Source: Octopus bimaculoides
Lineage: Eukaryota
Assembly (NCBI RefSeq): GCF_001194135.2
Contig: NC_068985.1
Location: forward strand, 110,390,946 to 110,454,945
Length of the DNA: 64,000 bases
Direction: 5' to 3'
The translations under genes and the position numbers were made by a program. The notes under the pieces are model-generated. The model had not been told where the DNA came from and did no database searches. It worked only from the letters and a program-made list of their open reading frames with translations. Shown piece after piece: positions 1 to 12,600 of the stretch; position 1 is the first letter of the stretch, and each line of letters starts with the position of its first letter.

Positions 1-298
1 GTAGCTTCCCCCAAGTGAAGTCTTCATTATTTTCAAATTCTTATCATTGTGTATTAGTCATAATCTTGTTTAACCCATGGTCAGCTCTTTTCAACCAGAT
101 CTATGACCAAGTACATTCCACATGTAGATGTTCTATCTTTTTTCTCCATTCAGTTCCATATAATCTTATGTATCCTTCTGTTCTATGACTGTAGAATGTG
201 ATTCGAGTGGGATTTTGGAGCTATTTCTAGCAAGTTAATGAGGTGAATTAGTTAAAACATTACTCAGTTGGTGTCCACATGAGATGTGACTGTAAGGA

Positions 299-1158
299 TT
301 GATGGTAGCAACACTAGTGGGTATGGTAGTGGTCAAGTGATGGTAGCAACACTAGTAGGTATGGTAGTGGTCAAGTGATGGTAGCAACACTAGTAGGTAT
401 GGTAGTGGTCAAGTGATGGTAGCAACACTAGTAGGTATGGTAGTGGTCAAGTGATGGTAGCAACACTAGTAGGTATAGTAGTGGTCATGTAATGGTAGCA
501 ACACTNNNNNNNNNNNNNNNNNNNNNNNNNNNNNNNNNNNNNNNNNNNNNNNNNNNNNNNNNNNNNNNNNNNNNNNNNNNNNNNNNNNNNNNNNNNNNNN
601 NNNNNNNNNNNNNNNNNNNNNNNNNNNNNNNNNNNNNNNNNNNNNNNNNNNNNNNNNNNNNNNNNNNNNNNNNNNNNNNNNNNNNNNNNNNNNNNNNNNN
701 NNNNNNNNNNNNNNNNNNNNNNNNNNNNNNNNNNNNNNNNNNNNNNNNNNNNNNNNNNNNNNNNNNNNNNNNNNNNNNNNNNNNNNNNNNNNNNNNNNNN
801 NNNNNNNNNNNNNNNNNNNNNNNNNNNNNNNNNNNNNNNNNNNNNNNNNNNNNNNNNNNNNNNNNNNNNNNNNNNNNNNNNNNNNNNNNNNNNNNNNNNN
901 NNNNNNNNNNNNNNNNNNNNNNNNNNNNNNNNNNNNNNNNNNNNNNNNNNNNNNNNNNNNNNNNNNNNNNNNNNNNNNNNNNNNNNNNNNNNNNNNNNNG
1001 GGTATGGTAGTGGTCAAGTGATGGTAGCAACACTAGTAGGTATGGTAGTGGTCAAGTGATGGTAGCAACACTAGTAGGTATGGTAGTGGTCAAGTGATAG
1101 TAGCAACACTAGTAGGTATGGTAGTGGTCAAGTGATAGTAGCAACACTAGTAGGTATG
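299..1158. repeat. 38-bp minisatellite (GTGATGGTAGCAACACTAGTAGGTATGGTAGTGGTCAA)n spanning N gap 506-999
   Basis: Near-identical units with period 38 on both sides of the gap. Confidence 0.95.
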
Positions 1159-1790
1159 GTGGTAGTGGTGGTGGTGCTGCTGTTGGTGCTTGTGACGGTA
1201 GTTAATGGCAATTACAGTTGTAGCTGTGGTGGTGGTAGTAGCGGTGGTTTGTTAGCTGAGTGCTGGTTATGGTGGTAGCTTGATGGTAGCGACCCTTATA
1301 GTGGTGATGGTGGCGGTTGTGGTAGCAGCAGTAGCAGTATTAGTGGTGGTAGTAGTGGTGGTGGTGATGAGTTTTTTAGCAGTGCTGGTCTTGATGGTAG
1401 TGACACTAGTAGCCATGGTGATGGTGGTGGTGGTAGTGGTACTTTGATAGTAGTGGCACTAGTAGCCATGGTGGTGGTGGTGGTGGTAGTTTAATAACAG
1501 TGACACTAGTAGTCATGGTGGCGGTGGTAGTGGTACTTTGATAGTAGTGGCACTAATAGCCGTGATGATGGTGGTACTTTGATAGTAGTGACACTAGTAG
1601 CTGTGGTGGTGGTGGTGGTGGTAGTGGCGGTGATATTTTGATAGTAGTGATGCTACTTTGACGACAGTGACACTAGTAGCTGTGGTAGTGGTAGTGGTGG
1701 TGGTCTGTTCATAGTAACACACGCGGTTGTAGTTTTGGTCTCCACACTACCACGACCACCAACCACCACTACTTACATTTTCACACAACA
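1159..1790. repeat. GGT/GTA-rich degenerate low-complexity tract
   Basis: Recurrent TGATAGTAGTGACACTAGTAGC(GGT)n subunits related to the adjacent minisatellite. Confidence 0.8.
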
Positions 1791-2060
1791 TTAACCCTAA
1801 CCCTCATCATTACTCCGTACGGCACCCCTACCCCCTTCACCATCATTATCCTAACATTCCCCCTACTTTAGCTGTATGTTCGCTACTTTCATTGGAAATG
1901 TATGAATGATTCTCTGTCCCTGCCCTAACAGCTATAGCTAATTACAAACAAGTAATTATACATAATAGAAATTGAATAAATACACTTAACTAGCTTCCAC
2001 CCAATTCCACTGACTTTTAGGTGAAGGCCAGCTTAATACAACTGCATCTTGTCATATGAT

Positions 2061-2096
<36 letters not shown>

Positions 2097-2265
2097 GTCC
2101 TGTATCTATTCAGACAAAACACTTGTATTATGTATAATTAATTAAACTTAGTAAAGCTGATTAACATGAACTACATTAATCACTTTGTTTTGTCCCTGAC
2201 ACAAGAATACATTGTAGCTTTGCAGTGGTCCTGATTATATGATTAATATTTTAATTTATTAATTA

Positions 2266-2760
2266 CTAGCAGTATAGCCCGGCGTTGCCCATGATTAAGT
2301 TAGGATTATTAAGCTAATCAAGTGCTTTGCTACAAATTAAACTAAGTAATACCAACGTCAGATTTGAGCGAAATCCGTTGAAATTGGGAAATGTTTGGCT
2401 GAAAATGGGTTGCAGACAATTTGATTGGGAAATCCCATTAGAAATCAGTTTATCAATTCTTCCATTCATTGATTGGTTTTTTTTTTTTTTTTTGAGAACT
2501 TAAAGCATTCAAAAATCCCATGTGTCCTAAGTAACACTGGCATCAAGTTTGAACAAAATACATCAAAACCGGTAAAAGTTATGGTTGAAAATGGGGTGTA
2601 GCCAATTTTAGTGGGAAATCCTATAAGGAATCAGTTTAGCGATTTTTCATCCTGATTGAATGGAAAACCCCTTAAGGAATCAGTTTAGTGATTTTTCACC
2701 CCAACTAGGACTTAACTGAACACAACATTTCTGATTCAAAAAATTTATATTTATACTTTA
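2266..2760 (-). mobile_element. Non-autonomous Helitron remnant (3' end)
   Basis: Minus strand ends ...GGGCAACGCCGGGCTATACTG-CTAG|T, a hairpin plus CTAG 3' terminus; far boundary approximate. Confidence 0.6.
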
Positions 2761-3103
2761 AAGTTGGTTTTCACACCCAACCCACTTCTGCAGGATCANN
2801 NNNNNNNNNNNNNNNNNNNNNNNNNNNNNNNNNNNNNNNNNNNNNNNNNNNNNNNNNNNNNNNNNNNNNNNNNNNNNNNNNNNNNNNNNNNNNNNNNNNN
2901 NNNNNNNNNNNNNNNNNNNNNNNNNNNNNNNNNNNNGCTACACCAGACCCCAGTCTGATTTGGCATGGTTTTGTGTTTGATCCCGTCATGTGGCAATTTG
3001 ATCAAGAGTCATCTACCATAGTCTTTGGTTGACCAATGCTATGTGAGAGTAATAGTTAGAAATTATACAGAAGCCTGTTGTGTGTGTGTGTGTGTGTGTG
3101 TGC

Positions 3104-3136
<33 letters not shown>

Positions 3137-6100
3137 GTGATGTTTAGAGTTTTATAAACAAAAACAACCTACAGTGATTCAATGTTGTATAAAGTATCTT
3201 ACTTGAAATCATGACAGGGTCGGCATCAGGAAGGGCATCCAGTTGTAGAATACAACCTTAAGGAGTCTTGTTCCATCCAAACCAGCAGAGGAAAATGCAG
3301 ATGGGCCATACTAGAATATACATGCAGCAGGTACCATACAGTGGGACGAAACCCAAAATCATAGGGTTGGGATGTCAACTTCTTACCGTACAATCATGTC
3401 TGCTTGTACACCGATAATGTCGGCACTATAAATAATGTGCATTTAATGTTAATCTGAGAAAATGGCAAGGTGACAGAATTGTTAGCATCCCAGGCAAAAT
3501 GCTTAGTGGCATTTCATCCGTCTTGACATTCTGAGTTCAAATTATGCTGAGGTCAACTTTACCTTTTATCCTTTCGGGGTCAATAAAATAAGTACCAGCT
3601 GAACATTGGAGTTGATGTAATCGATTTAGCCCACCGCCCCACTTAAATTACTGGCTTGTGCCAAAGTTTGAAATCAATATGTTAAGCTGAGAAGGTCGTC
3701 AAGACTGTAATCCTTTTCAGTTTTTCTAGATGAGGGTCAGAATCAACTTGGTACAGTTTGCAACAATTGGAATTAGTTTCACTTTCATAATGTGCTTCCA
3801 TCTCATATCTACATCATTGCACCATACTTCAACACTGCTGTTGTAGCATGCTGCTTATATCTGTTCTCTATAATCTTATCATTCTTATGATTTCTGATTT
3901 GTTATTGCATATAATCATTTGTGCTGGAAACATTATTTACAACAGTTTCTTATTGTCTGACTGCCTACCTATTTGTTTAGTTGCCTGCCTACCTACCTAC
4001 CTACTTACTTACCTACCTTCCTGCCTGCATATTTGCTTGCCTACCTGCATGTGCACTTGTGTGTCCATTTTCATTTTCCGTTTTCTCCAATTCTGATGTG
4101 GACTGACCAATTTCACTGTAAATACAGCATCACATCACATCAAAATTGGTGTCATCTAATCTGTGACAACCAAGATTTTCACTTGATATAATTATTTTCC
4201 CTCAGAAACAACTGAGAAGACTTCCAACCGGATCTGGTCAAGGAGAAATTGAAGCATATTTCAAAAGGCATAATTTACATGTCAGAGAACAGCCATCTTT
4301 CACTTAACCATCCAGGAGGGCTGTGATGCAGACAATAGCATAGAATGTGACAGCAGAGAAGTATCCAGAAATCGTGGCCTGACTGCAACCCAGGCACACA
4401 TACTGTGTAAAGAATTAAGGGATGAAACACATGTGTGAGGGGCAGATGGTTTCTTCTCCAAAGACCTGCTGTTGAGTTCTCTTGAGAGTTTCTTACTACT
4501 TTTACCCCACACCTAGTTTGGTCTGTCTCCTATACCCCAAACCTAACTTCTGTTATAGCCTTGAGCTGACCAAAGCCTTGTGAGTGGACCTGGTAGACGG
4601 AAACTGAAAGAAGCCCGTTGTATATATGTATCTGTGTGTTTGTGAGTTTGTCTCCCACCACCACTTGACAACCAGTCTTAGTATGTTTATGTCCCTGTAA
4701 ATTAGCTGTTCAACAAAAGACACCAATAAAATAAGTAGGTGGCTTAAAAAAACAAAAAGTACTAGGCTGATTCATTCAACTAAAAATTCCTCAAGGCAGT
4801 GCTCCAGAATGTCCGCAGTCTAATGACTGAAACTAATAAAAAGACAAAAAAAAAAAAGACATATATATACTCATCTACAACCACTATTCCTTGTTCTAAT
4901 GTCTTATTGTATACACTCACCTACACACATATAATAAACTATTTTATTTATGATGCAAGAAATATTTATCTGCTAGGGAAACACATAAAGGAATACAGTG
5001 GAAGTTCTCAGTTACATATTTCATTAAATACCAGATTTCTTGTTTAAACCTTAGAACTTTGCTTTCCCAAGGTTGACCGACTGAAAATAACCCATCTACT
5101 TCCTACTCAGTGGTTAAGTATAAACTGTTGACAAGTGGAATTAATTGGTATGCTATTAGGAAGAGGAAATGTCTAAAATTTCAGACAGCAGTCCCCTTTG
5201 TTAGGAAGTACTACTGTCTGAAAAATCAGAGTTTTATCTTCCTCGCAGAAAGCCAATATTTATTCCACTTTCCACTTGTTTATACTCACTGTTTGCTGAA
5301 GAATACTATTGCTAAGTTTTCTCAGATGATCATCATCATCTCCATCATTTAATGTATGTTTTTCATGCTGGGATGGGTTGGACGGTTTGACAGGATCTGA
5401 GTAGTAAAAATAAAATGCTTTGTTTGACAAATAAACATCTCGCTCCTGGTCAAATGGTCTGCAGTTGAAAGAGCCAATTTGTTCAGGCTCAAAGTTACCA
5501 TCCACCACCCCTTCTCCAAATAAATCTGTTCCCTCAGCTACTCTCTGAACTACTCAAACCAACACTAATCCTTTGACCAAATCTTCTCCTGCACTGAAGA
5601 TATACATATATATATATATATATAAAAACAAATAGTAAATGAGTATATGCATATATACATACAGGTATGTGCATACCGACATCCACCTGTATGTATAGGT
5701 GCATATCTGGGTACAGGACATTGCAAACAAAACGTAGACAAGAAAACACACAAGCCACATAGAGAACATTCTTCTTCATCAGCTACCCCCGTTTTAACAC
5801 CGGCGTTTCGAAGAGCTATATATNNNNNNNNNNNNNNNNNNNNNNNNNNNNNNNNNNNNNNNNNNNNNNNNNNNNNNNNNNNNNNNNNNNNNNNNNNNNN
5901 NNNNNNNNNNNNNNNNNNNNNNNNNNNNNNNNNNNNNNNNNNNNNNNNNNNNNNNNNNNNNNNNNNNNNNNNNNNNNNNNNNNNNNNNNNNNNNNNNNNN
6001 NNNNNNNNNNNNNNNNNNNNNNNNNNNNNNNNNNNNNNNNNNNNNNNNNNNNNNNNNNNNNNNNNNNNNNNNNNNNNNNNNNNNNNNNNNNNNNNNNNNN

Positions 6101-6769
6101 NNNNNNNNNNNNNNNNNNNNNNNNNNNNNNNNNNNNNNNNNNNNNNNNNNNNNNNNNNNNNNNNNNNNNNNNNNNNNNNNNNNNNNNNNNNNNNNNNNNN
6201 NNNNNNNNNNNNNNNNNNNNNNNNNNNNNNNNNNNNNNNNNNNNNNNNNNNNNNNNNNNNNNNNNNNNNNNNNNNNNNNNNNNNNNNNNNNNNNNNNNNN
6301 NNNNNNNNNNNNNNNNNNNNNNNNNNNNNNNNNNNNNNNNNNNNNNNNNNNNNNNNNNNNNNNNNNNNNNNNNNNNNNNNNNNNNNNNNNNNNNNNNNNN
6401 NNNNNNNNNNNNNNNNNNNNNNNNNNNNNNNNNNNNNNNNNNNNNNNNNNNNNNNNNNNNNNNNNNNNNNNNNNNNNNNNNNTATATATATATATATATA
6501 TATATGATGGTGTGTAATTGTAAGATCCAAGGATCTAGGTGTATGAAGTAAGTAAGCTTCAAGCAGTCTGTGGTAGGTATAAAAAAACAACTTTCAAGAA
6601 CAACAATAGTTTATTGGTGTAGAAGTTTGTAGGTTTTTTTCCCATATCAAAGTTCAATAAGCTGAAACATGTTTTTTAATAATTCACGGTTAGCAACCAG
6701 GGTTGCTATGAATCTGAATAAAATCCAAATTGGGGGAACGGAGCAGGTAAAATCCTGGCTACATATGTT

Positions 6770-7100
6770 TCCTAGCTATCGAATCTTCAGAAGTAATAAT
6801 TACTCAGTGGAGTGGGGTACTCCACTAGCTACTCATCAGTCGATGAAATGTATCTCATGTCACACCTCTCCTCGGTAACATTGATGCTCACAACTCCTTG
6901 GGGTTCTCACATTCATCCCATACCAATGCTGCTAGTGCAGAGCCAAATCTTTTGCAGTTATCAACTTGTTTCATACCCAACACACAGACACTCCAATACT
7001 CTTGGTCTCTATCTCACATCGATACCTAATCGCTACCTAACAGTGACTGTCTCTGCACATACTGAGTTATCCGACCATTTTTATCATCACAACTACACAA
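6770..7100 (+). mobile_element. Degraded LINE APE endonuclease fragment (CR1/L2/Jockey-like)
   Basis: Frameshifted LLGNIDAHN (GDFNAH-like) and QLVSYPTH..NTLGLYLTS...ELSDH (PT..NTLDL..SDH-like) motifs. Confidence 0.7.
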
Positions 7101-7210
7101 CACATCCACGCACTACACCATGCTTTTCACCCCCATCTCTATGGCACTTCAAATAAGCTGAATATTTGAAACTGCCAGTTTTGTCCAATAGACAAAGGAC
7201 TTTAGCATAA

Positions 7211-7386
7211 CTCTTTAGCTTTCAAATTACTCTGTCATATGTGATGCTTACTTATCCCCCTTGTTTTAATTTAAAGATGCATTACCTTGTAGCTTTGAGA
7301 TTTTGATGAAGCGATTGTTTATTTTTAGAACGACATTGTAATATATGTGTGAGAGGCCAGATCTGGACAGTTTCAATGCTAAAGGG
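7211..7386. mobile_element. piggyBac-like MITE, degenerate left end
   Basis: Ends AATGCTAAAGGG|TTAA; interior homologous to 25036-25245. Confidence 0.65.
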
Positions 7387-7633
7387 TTAAACAAAAAAAA
7401 AAAAANNNNNNNNNNAAAAAAAAAAAAAAAAATGGAATAGAACATATTTATGGCTTATGTATAACCTGGCAAATAAACTATTTCAATAATGGATGGTTCA
7501 GAGACAAAATGACATGCAATCAACTTTTAAAAAATAATTAACCTCAAAATAAAAGTTACGTAAATCAGCAAAAAAAAATATACATGAAATAACTATATTT
7601 TTATTTTTCTCTATTTGTTATCTTTATCTGCAG

Positions 7634-7744
7634 GAATGGCCTATGGACTCCTTACACAGCTCCCACCAATACATGGCTTATACGTTTCATTTTTCCCAGT
7701 TTTGATATATTTCTTCTTTGGATCCTCGCGACACGTCTCTATTG
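7634..7744 (+). CDS. SLC26: SLC26 exon A (111 nt) [38 protein letters not shown]
   Basis: ctgcag|GAATG acceptor, ATTG|gtaggt donor, phase 1-1; sulfate-transporter signature region. Confidence 0.96.
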
Positions 7745-9628
7745 GTAGGTATATGTTTTGTATATTTTTTGTGTTACACTCTTCTAAGTGTGTTTTTCCC
7801 CCTCTTTTGTTGTTTAATGCATGGCAGACTGGAGCCTGGTGTTGCCATCCGGTTTCACCAGTCCTCAGTCAAATCGTCCAACCCATGCTAGCATGGAAAG
7901 CGGACGTTAAACGATGATGATGATGATGCATATATGTATCTGGACATACGAGCATATGCATGTGTATGTCTTCATATGTGTATGTGTGCATGGTGGGGGA
8001 GTTGTTGTTAAACCTCTGGTCATAGCCGACAGAGTGCTAGTAAGTAACAGAAATGATGACGACGTCGACAACGACAACATTGCTAGTGGACATGTGAAAC
8101 ATTTCCTCCAAAGATAAGTTGATTTAAAGGTGACGAGCTGGCTGAAACGTTAGCGCGCCGGGCAAAATGCTTAGCGGTATTTCGTCGGCCGCTACGTTCT
8201 GAGTTCAAATTCCGCTGAGGTCAACTTTACCTTTCATCCTTTCGGGGTCGATAAATTAAGTACCAGTTACGCACTGGGGTCGATGTAATCGACTTAACCC
8301 CTTTGTCTGTCCTTGTTTATCCCCTCTATGTTTAGCCCCTTGTGGGCAATAAAGAAATAAGATAAGTTGCTTCTATTGAAACACATAGTTAGTTTTAATA
8401 TTGATTTCAGTGTTTGGCACAAGGCCAGCAGTTTTGTGAGATGGAATAAGTCGAGAACATCAACCCCAGTGCTGAGCTGGTACTTATCCCATCAACCCCA
8501 TAAAGAAGAAAGACAAAGCGGACCTCAGCAGAATTTGAACTCGGAAATGTAAGGACAGGTGAAATACCACTAAGTGTGTTAATGATTCTGCCAGCTGGTA
8601 CTTATGCTTCATCATCATCATCATCATCATCATCATCGTTTAACATCCGCTTTCCATGCTAGCATGGGTTGGACGATGTGACTGAGGACTGGTGAAACCA
8701 GATGGCTACACCAGGCTCCAATCTGATTTGGCAGAGTTTCTACAGCTGGATGCCCTTCCTAACGCCAACCACTCCGAGAGTGTAGTGGGTGCTTTTACGT
8801 GCCACCGGCACGAAGGCCAGTCAGGCGGTACTGGCAACAGCCACGCTCAAAATGGTGTATTTTATGTGTCACCTGCACAAGAGCCAGACCAGGGGTACTG
8901 GCAACGATCTCGCTTGAAAGGCGATGCTGGGCACAGGTGTCATGACGATTTTGCTTTCGCTTGCCCCAACAGGTCTTCACAAGCTGAGTTTCGTGTCCAA
9001 TGAAGGAGACGATGTTGGCATGGGTGCCAGTCATCGAATGCTTATTTTTAATATTAATATTAAATAATGCTTATTTTTAATATTAATTAATTAATGTTTA
9101 TTTTTATTTATTTATTTATTTGTTTGTTTTGTAATGATTGTAGGAACATTTGCTGTTGTATGTTTAATGGTTGGTGCGACAGTTGACAAAAATTACAGCA
9201 AGCTTGCCAGTGCAGAGGGCATAACAACACGAGCAGCAAACCTCACAGCTTCCACATCCAGCATTATCGAATCCAGTACAGATGCCTACACACAGAGCGT
9301 CACTGGGAATAACTCAGTTACCCAAAGCATCATTGATGAGGAGACTGATGTGACCTATCCAGTGAAATTAGGAATAGCCATGGCAGTGACCTTCCTTGTT
9401 GGATGTATCCAGGTATGGCAACCATTTTATCGGACCGAATATGTTAAAGACCAAATAAAGACAGCTGCAAGCGTAGTTGTGTGGCAAAGAAGTTTACTTT
9501 GCGATCATGCTGTTTCAAGTTCAGTCCCACTGTGCAGCACCTTTGACAAGTGTCTTCTAGTATGGCCCCAGGCTGACCAATGCCTTCTGAGTGAATTTGG
9601 TTGACAGAAACTGTGAGGAAGCCCATCA

Positions 9629-9673
<45 letters not shown>

Positions 9674-12600
9674 CATCATCATCATCATCGTTTAACGTCC
9701 GCTTTCCATGCTAGCATGGGTTGGACGATTTGACTGAGGACTGGTGCAACCGGATGGCTACACCAGGCTCCAATCTAATTTGGCAGAGTTTCTACAGCTG
9801 GATGCCCTTCCTAACGCCAACCACTCAGAGAGTGTAGTGGGTGCTTTTACGTGTCACCCGCACATATATATATATATATATATATGGATATATTTATATA
9901 TATGGATATATATATATATGGATATATATATATATATGGATATATATATATATGGATATNNNNNNNNNNNNNNNNNNNNNNNNNNNNNNNNNNNNNNNNN
10001 NNNNNNNNNNNNNNNNNNNNNNNNNNNNNNNNNNNNNNNNNNNNNNNNNNNNNNNNNNNNNNNNNNNNNNNNNNNNNNNNNNNNNNNNNNNNNNNNNNNN
10101 NNNNNNNNNNNNNNNNNNNNNNNNNNNNNNNNNNNNNNNNNNNNNNNNNNNNNNNNNNNNNNNNNNNNNNNNNNNNNNNNNNNNNNNNNNNNNNNNNNNN
10201 NNNNNNNNNNNNNNNNNNNNNNNNNNNNNNNNNNNNNNNNNNNNNNNNNNNNNNNNNNNNNNNNNNNNNNNNNNNNNNNNNNNNNNNNNNNNNNNNNNNN
10301 NNNNNNNNNNNNNNNNNNNNNNNNNNNNNNNNNNNNNNNNNNNNNNNNNNNNNNNNNNNNNNNNNNNNNNNNNNNNNNNNNNNNNNNNNNNNNNNNNNNN
10401 NNNNNNNNNNNNNNNNNNNNNNNNNNNNNNNNNNNNNNNNNNNNNNNNNNNNNNNNNNNNNNNNNNNNNNNNNNNNNNNNNNNATATAAGCAAAAATATC
10501 ATTATAAGAGATAAGTCATGAAACGAAGTTTAATGCATTTACATCAAATAAAATGAACCGAAGTAGATTTTTTTTTGCTAATTACGGTTTTATTAATTCA
10601 TTCTTCAATACTTCCAGACAGCTGCTTCTGTCAAAAAGAGGTATAGTCTTCTGACTTGCCAGTCCTCAGTCAAGCCATCCAACCCATGCCAGCATGGAAA
10701 GTGGATGTTAAACAACAACTACAATGATGATGATGATTAAAGGACATTTAAAATCAATACCTTGAGTTTTTTCGTTTGCTATCATAATGTACAAAGGAGT
10801 GGTTCCTTACACTTTATATGTGTGTGTGTGTTTGCCTTTGTGTATGTGTTTGTCCCCCCACCACTGCTTGACAACTAGTGTTAGTGTGTTTACGCCACCA
10901 TAACTTAGCAGTTTGGCAAAAGAGACTGATAGAATAAGTACCAGTCTTTACAAAGGAATAATAACTACTGGTCACAGTTCGTTTGACTCACATTTTTCAA
11001 AGCAGTACACCAGCATGACCACAGTCTAATGACTGAAACACACAAGAAAATGTGTGTGTGTGTGTGCATGTACGCATTTGCTTTTGTGATTGTGTATGTT
11101 CCCCTACAAGGCTTCATGGCCTGTGTTCATTTTGTTTGCATCCCCCTATAAATTAGTGCATCAACAAAAGAAACCGATAGAACAAGTACTAGACATTAAA
11201 ACACACACACACACACACACAAACATATATATTTATGATGAAAGTAAACAAACAAAATTTGTTCTTTTTTAGAAGCGTTGAGGTGTATTGTAAGATACAG
11301 AAATAGATTTATTTCTCAAACGCATGATAATGCTATAAATAGCGTGATCAGGATAAATTATCCATTTATTGCAGAAAAATACGTTACTTGCCAGCCATGA
11401 GACTCGAACTCACATCTCTGTGATTACGTGTCAAGTGTTTTACCATTAAACTAAACTGCCCAGCAACGAATTCTTCTGCAATTTTAGAACTTGTAAATTT
11501 AGCTTTATAAGATGCTAACATTAAATTCAACTTTACGATGAAAGTAAACAAAGTTTGTTCTTTTTTAGAAGCGTTGAGGTATCTTGACGCGTAATCACAA
11601 AGATGTGAGTTCGAGTCTCATGGCTGGCAGTAACGTATTTTTCTGCAATAGATGGATAATTTATCCTGATCACGCTATTTATAGCATTATCACGCGTTTG
11701 AGAAATAAATTTATTTCTGTATCATATATATTTATAGACATTGTATTTTTATATTTCCAGTTCTTGATGGGTGTTCTCCATTTGGGATTTGTGACAACAT
11801 TTTTATCTGATCCATTAGTGAGCGGCTTCACCACTGGTGCTGCTTGCCATGTATTTACCAGTCAGGTCAAACATGTGTTTGGAGTGAAGATGGGTCGATA
11901 CAGTGGTCCATTGAAGTTGATATATGTAAGTGATACATTGTATTTATGATATATGTTCTTGTTCTGAGTTCAAATTCCACCAAGGTTGACTTTGCCTTTC
12001 ATCCTTTCAGGGTTGATAAATTAAGTACCTGTTGCATACTGGGGTTGATCTAATCAACTGGCCCTCTCCCCAAAAATTTTGGGCCTTGTGCCTAGAGTAG
12101 AAAGGATATATGTTCTACCTACATGATATCTAATTTAATTCTGTGTGTATAAATCTTTATAATAAATATTATATGTTTGTATCTTTATGTTGGCTCTGCC
12201 ATGTTATTACTGGTCACAGTTTTTTATTACACAGTGTAACATGATTTTTGTCCTTGGGAAGCAACTTTTATTTTTTATTTGCTTATCCTTAGAAAGTATG
12301 ACAAATGGCTAATATTTCCTTCAAACTCTGTTTCTGTTTATGATATTTATTCAAACCCCAAAGAATCCCTCTTGACTCATGGCTATGATGCTCACCCACT
12401 ACTCCTATTCGTCATCAGAAATGCACATGTCAGCCACTAAGGGACATGATCAAGTGGTTAAGGTCAAGCAAGCAACTGACGAACAAATCTATGGTATTGA
12501 TAATGATATTTCTGCTTCAGTAACTCAGCACTGAATCTCTGAAATGTAATGGAAAATAGGTCAGTTTTAAAACATTGATGTCCAGCTCACAAAAGCAAAG

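Noticed and set aside
299-1158. CRISPR-like array (38-bp repeats)
   Set aside because: Head-to-tail units with no unique spacers, no cas genes, eukaryotic context
1792-1806. Telomeric repeat (TAACCCTAACCC)
   Set aside because: Fewer than three units; expected by chance
3960-4045. ORFs with LPTYLPTY repeats
   Set aside because: (CCTA/CCTG)n simple repeat
4200-4512. Possible SLC26 first exon or transposase remnant
   Set aside because: All plus frames hit early stops, there is no SLC26 N-terminal motif or suitable donor, and the minus ORF has no recognisable motif
6669-6760. GAGCAG|gtaaaa donor as a candidate upstream exon
   Set aside because: Wrong phase for exon A or stop-containing, no PQG motif, and adjacent to a LINE endonuclease relic
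8692-9003. Recurrent ORF ([24 protein letters not shown]...) also at 9744, 31199, 45891 and 54520
   Set aside because: Translation of family C repeats; starts are mostly non-ATG and similarity reflects repeat youth, not a gene family
11389-11460. Functional tRNA-Thr gene
   Set aside because: Broken anticodon stem, no U33, acceptor mismatch, and embedded in a rearranged repeat
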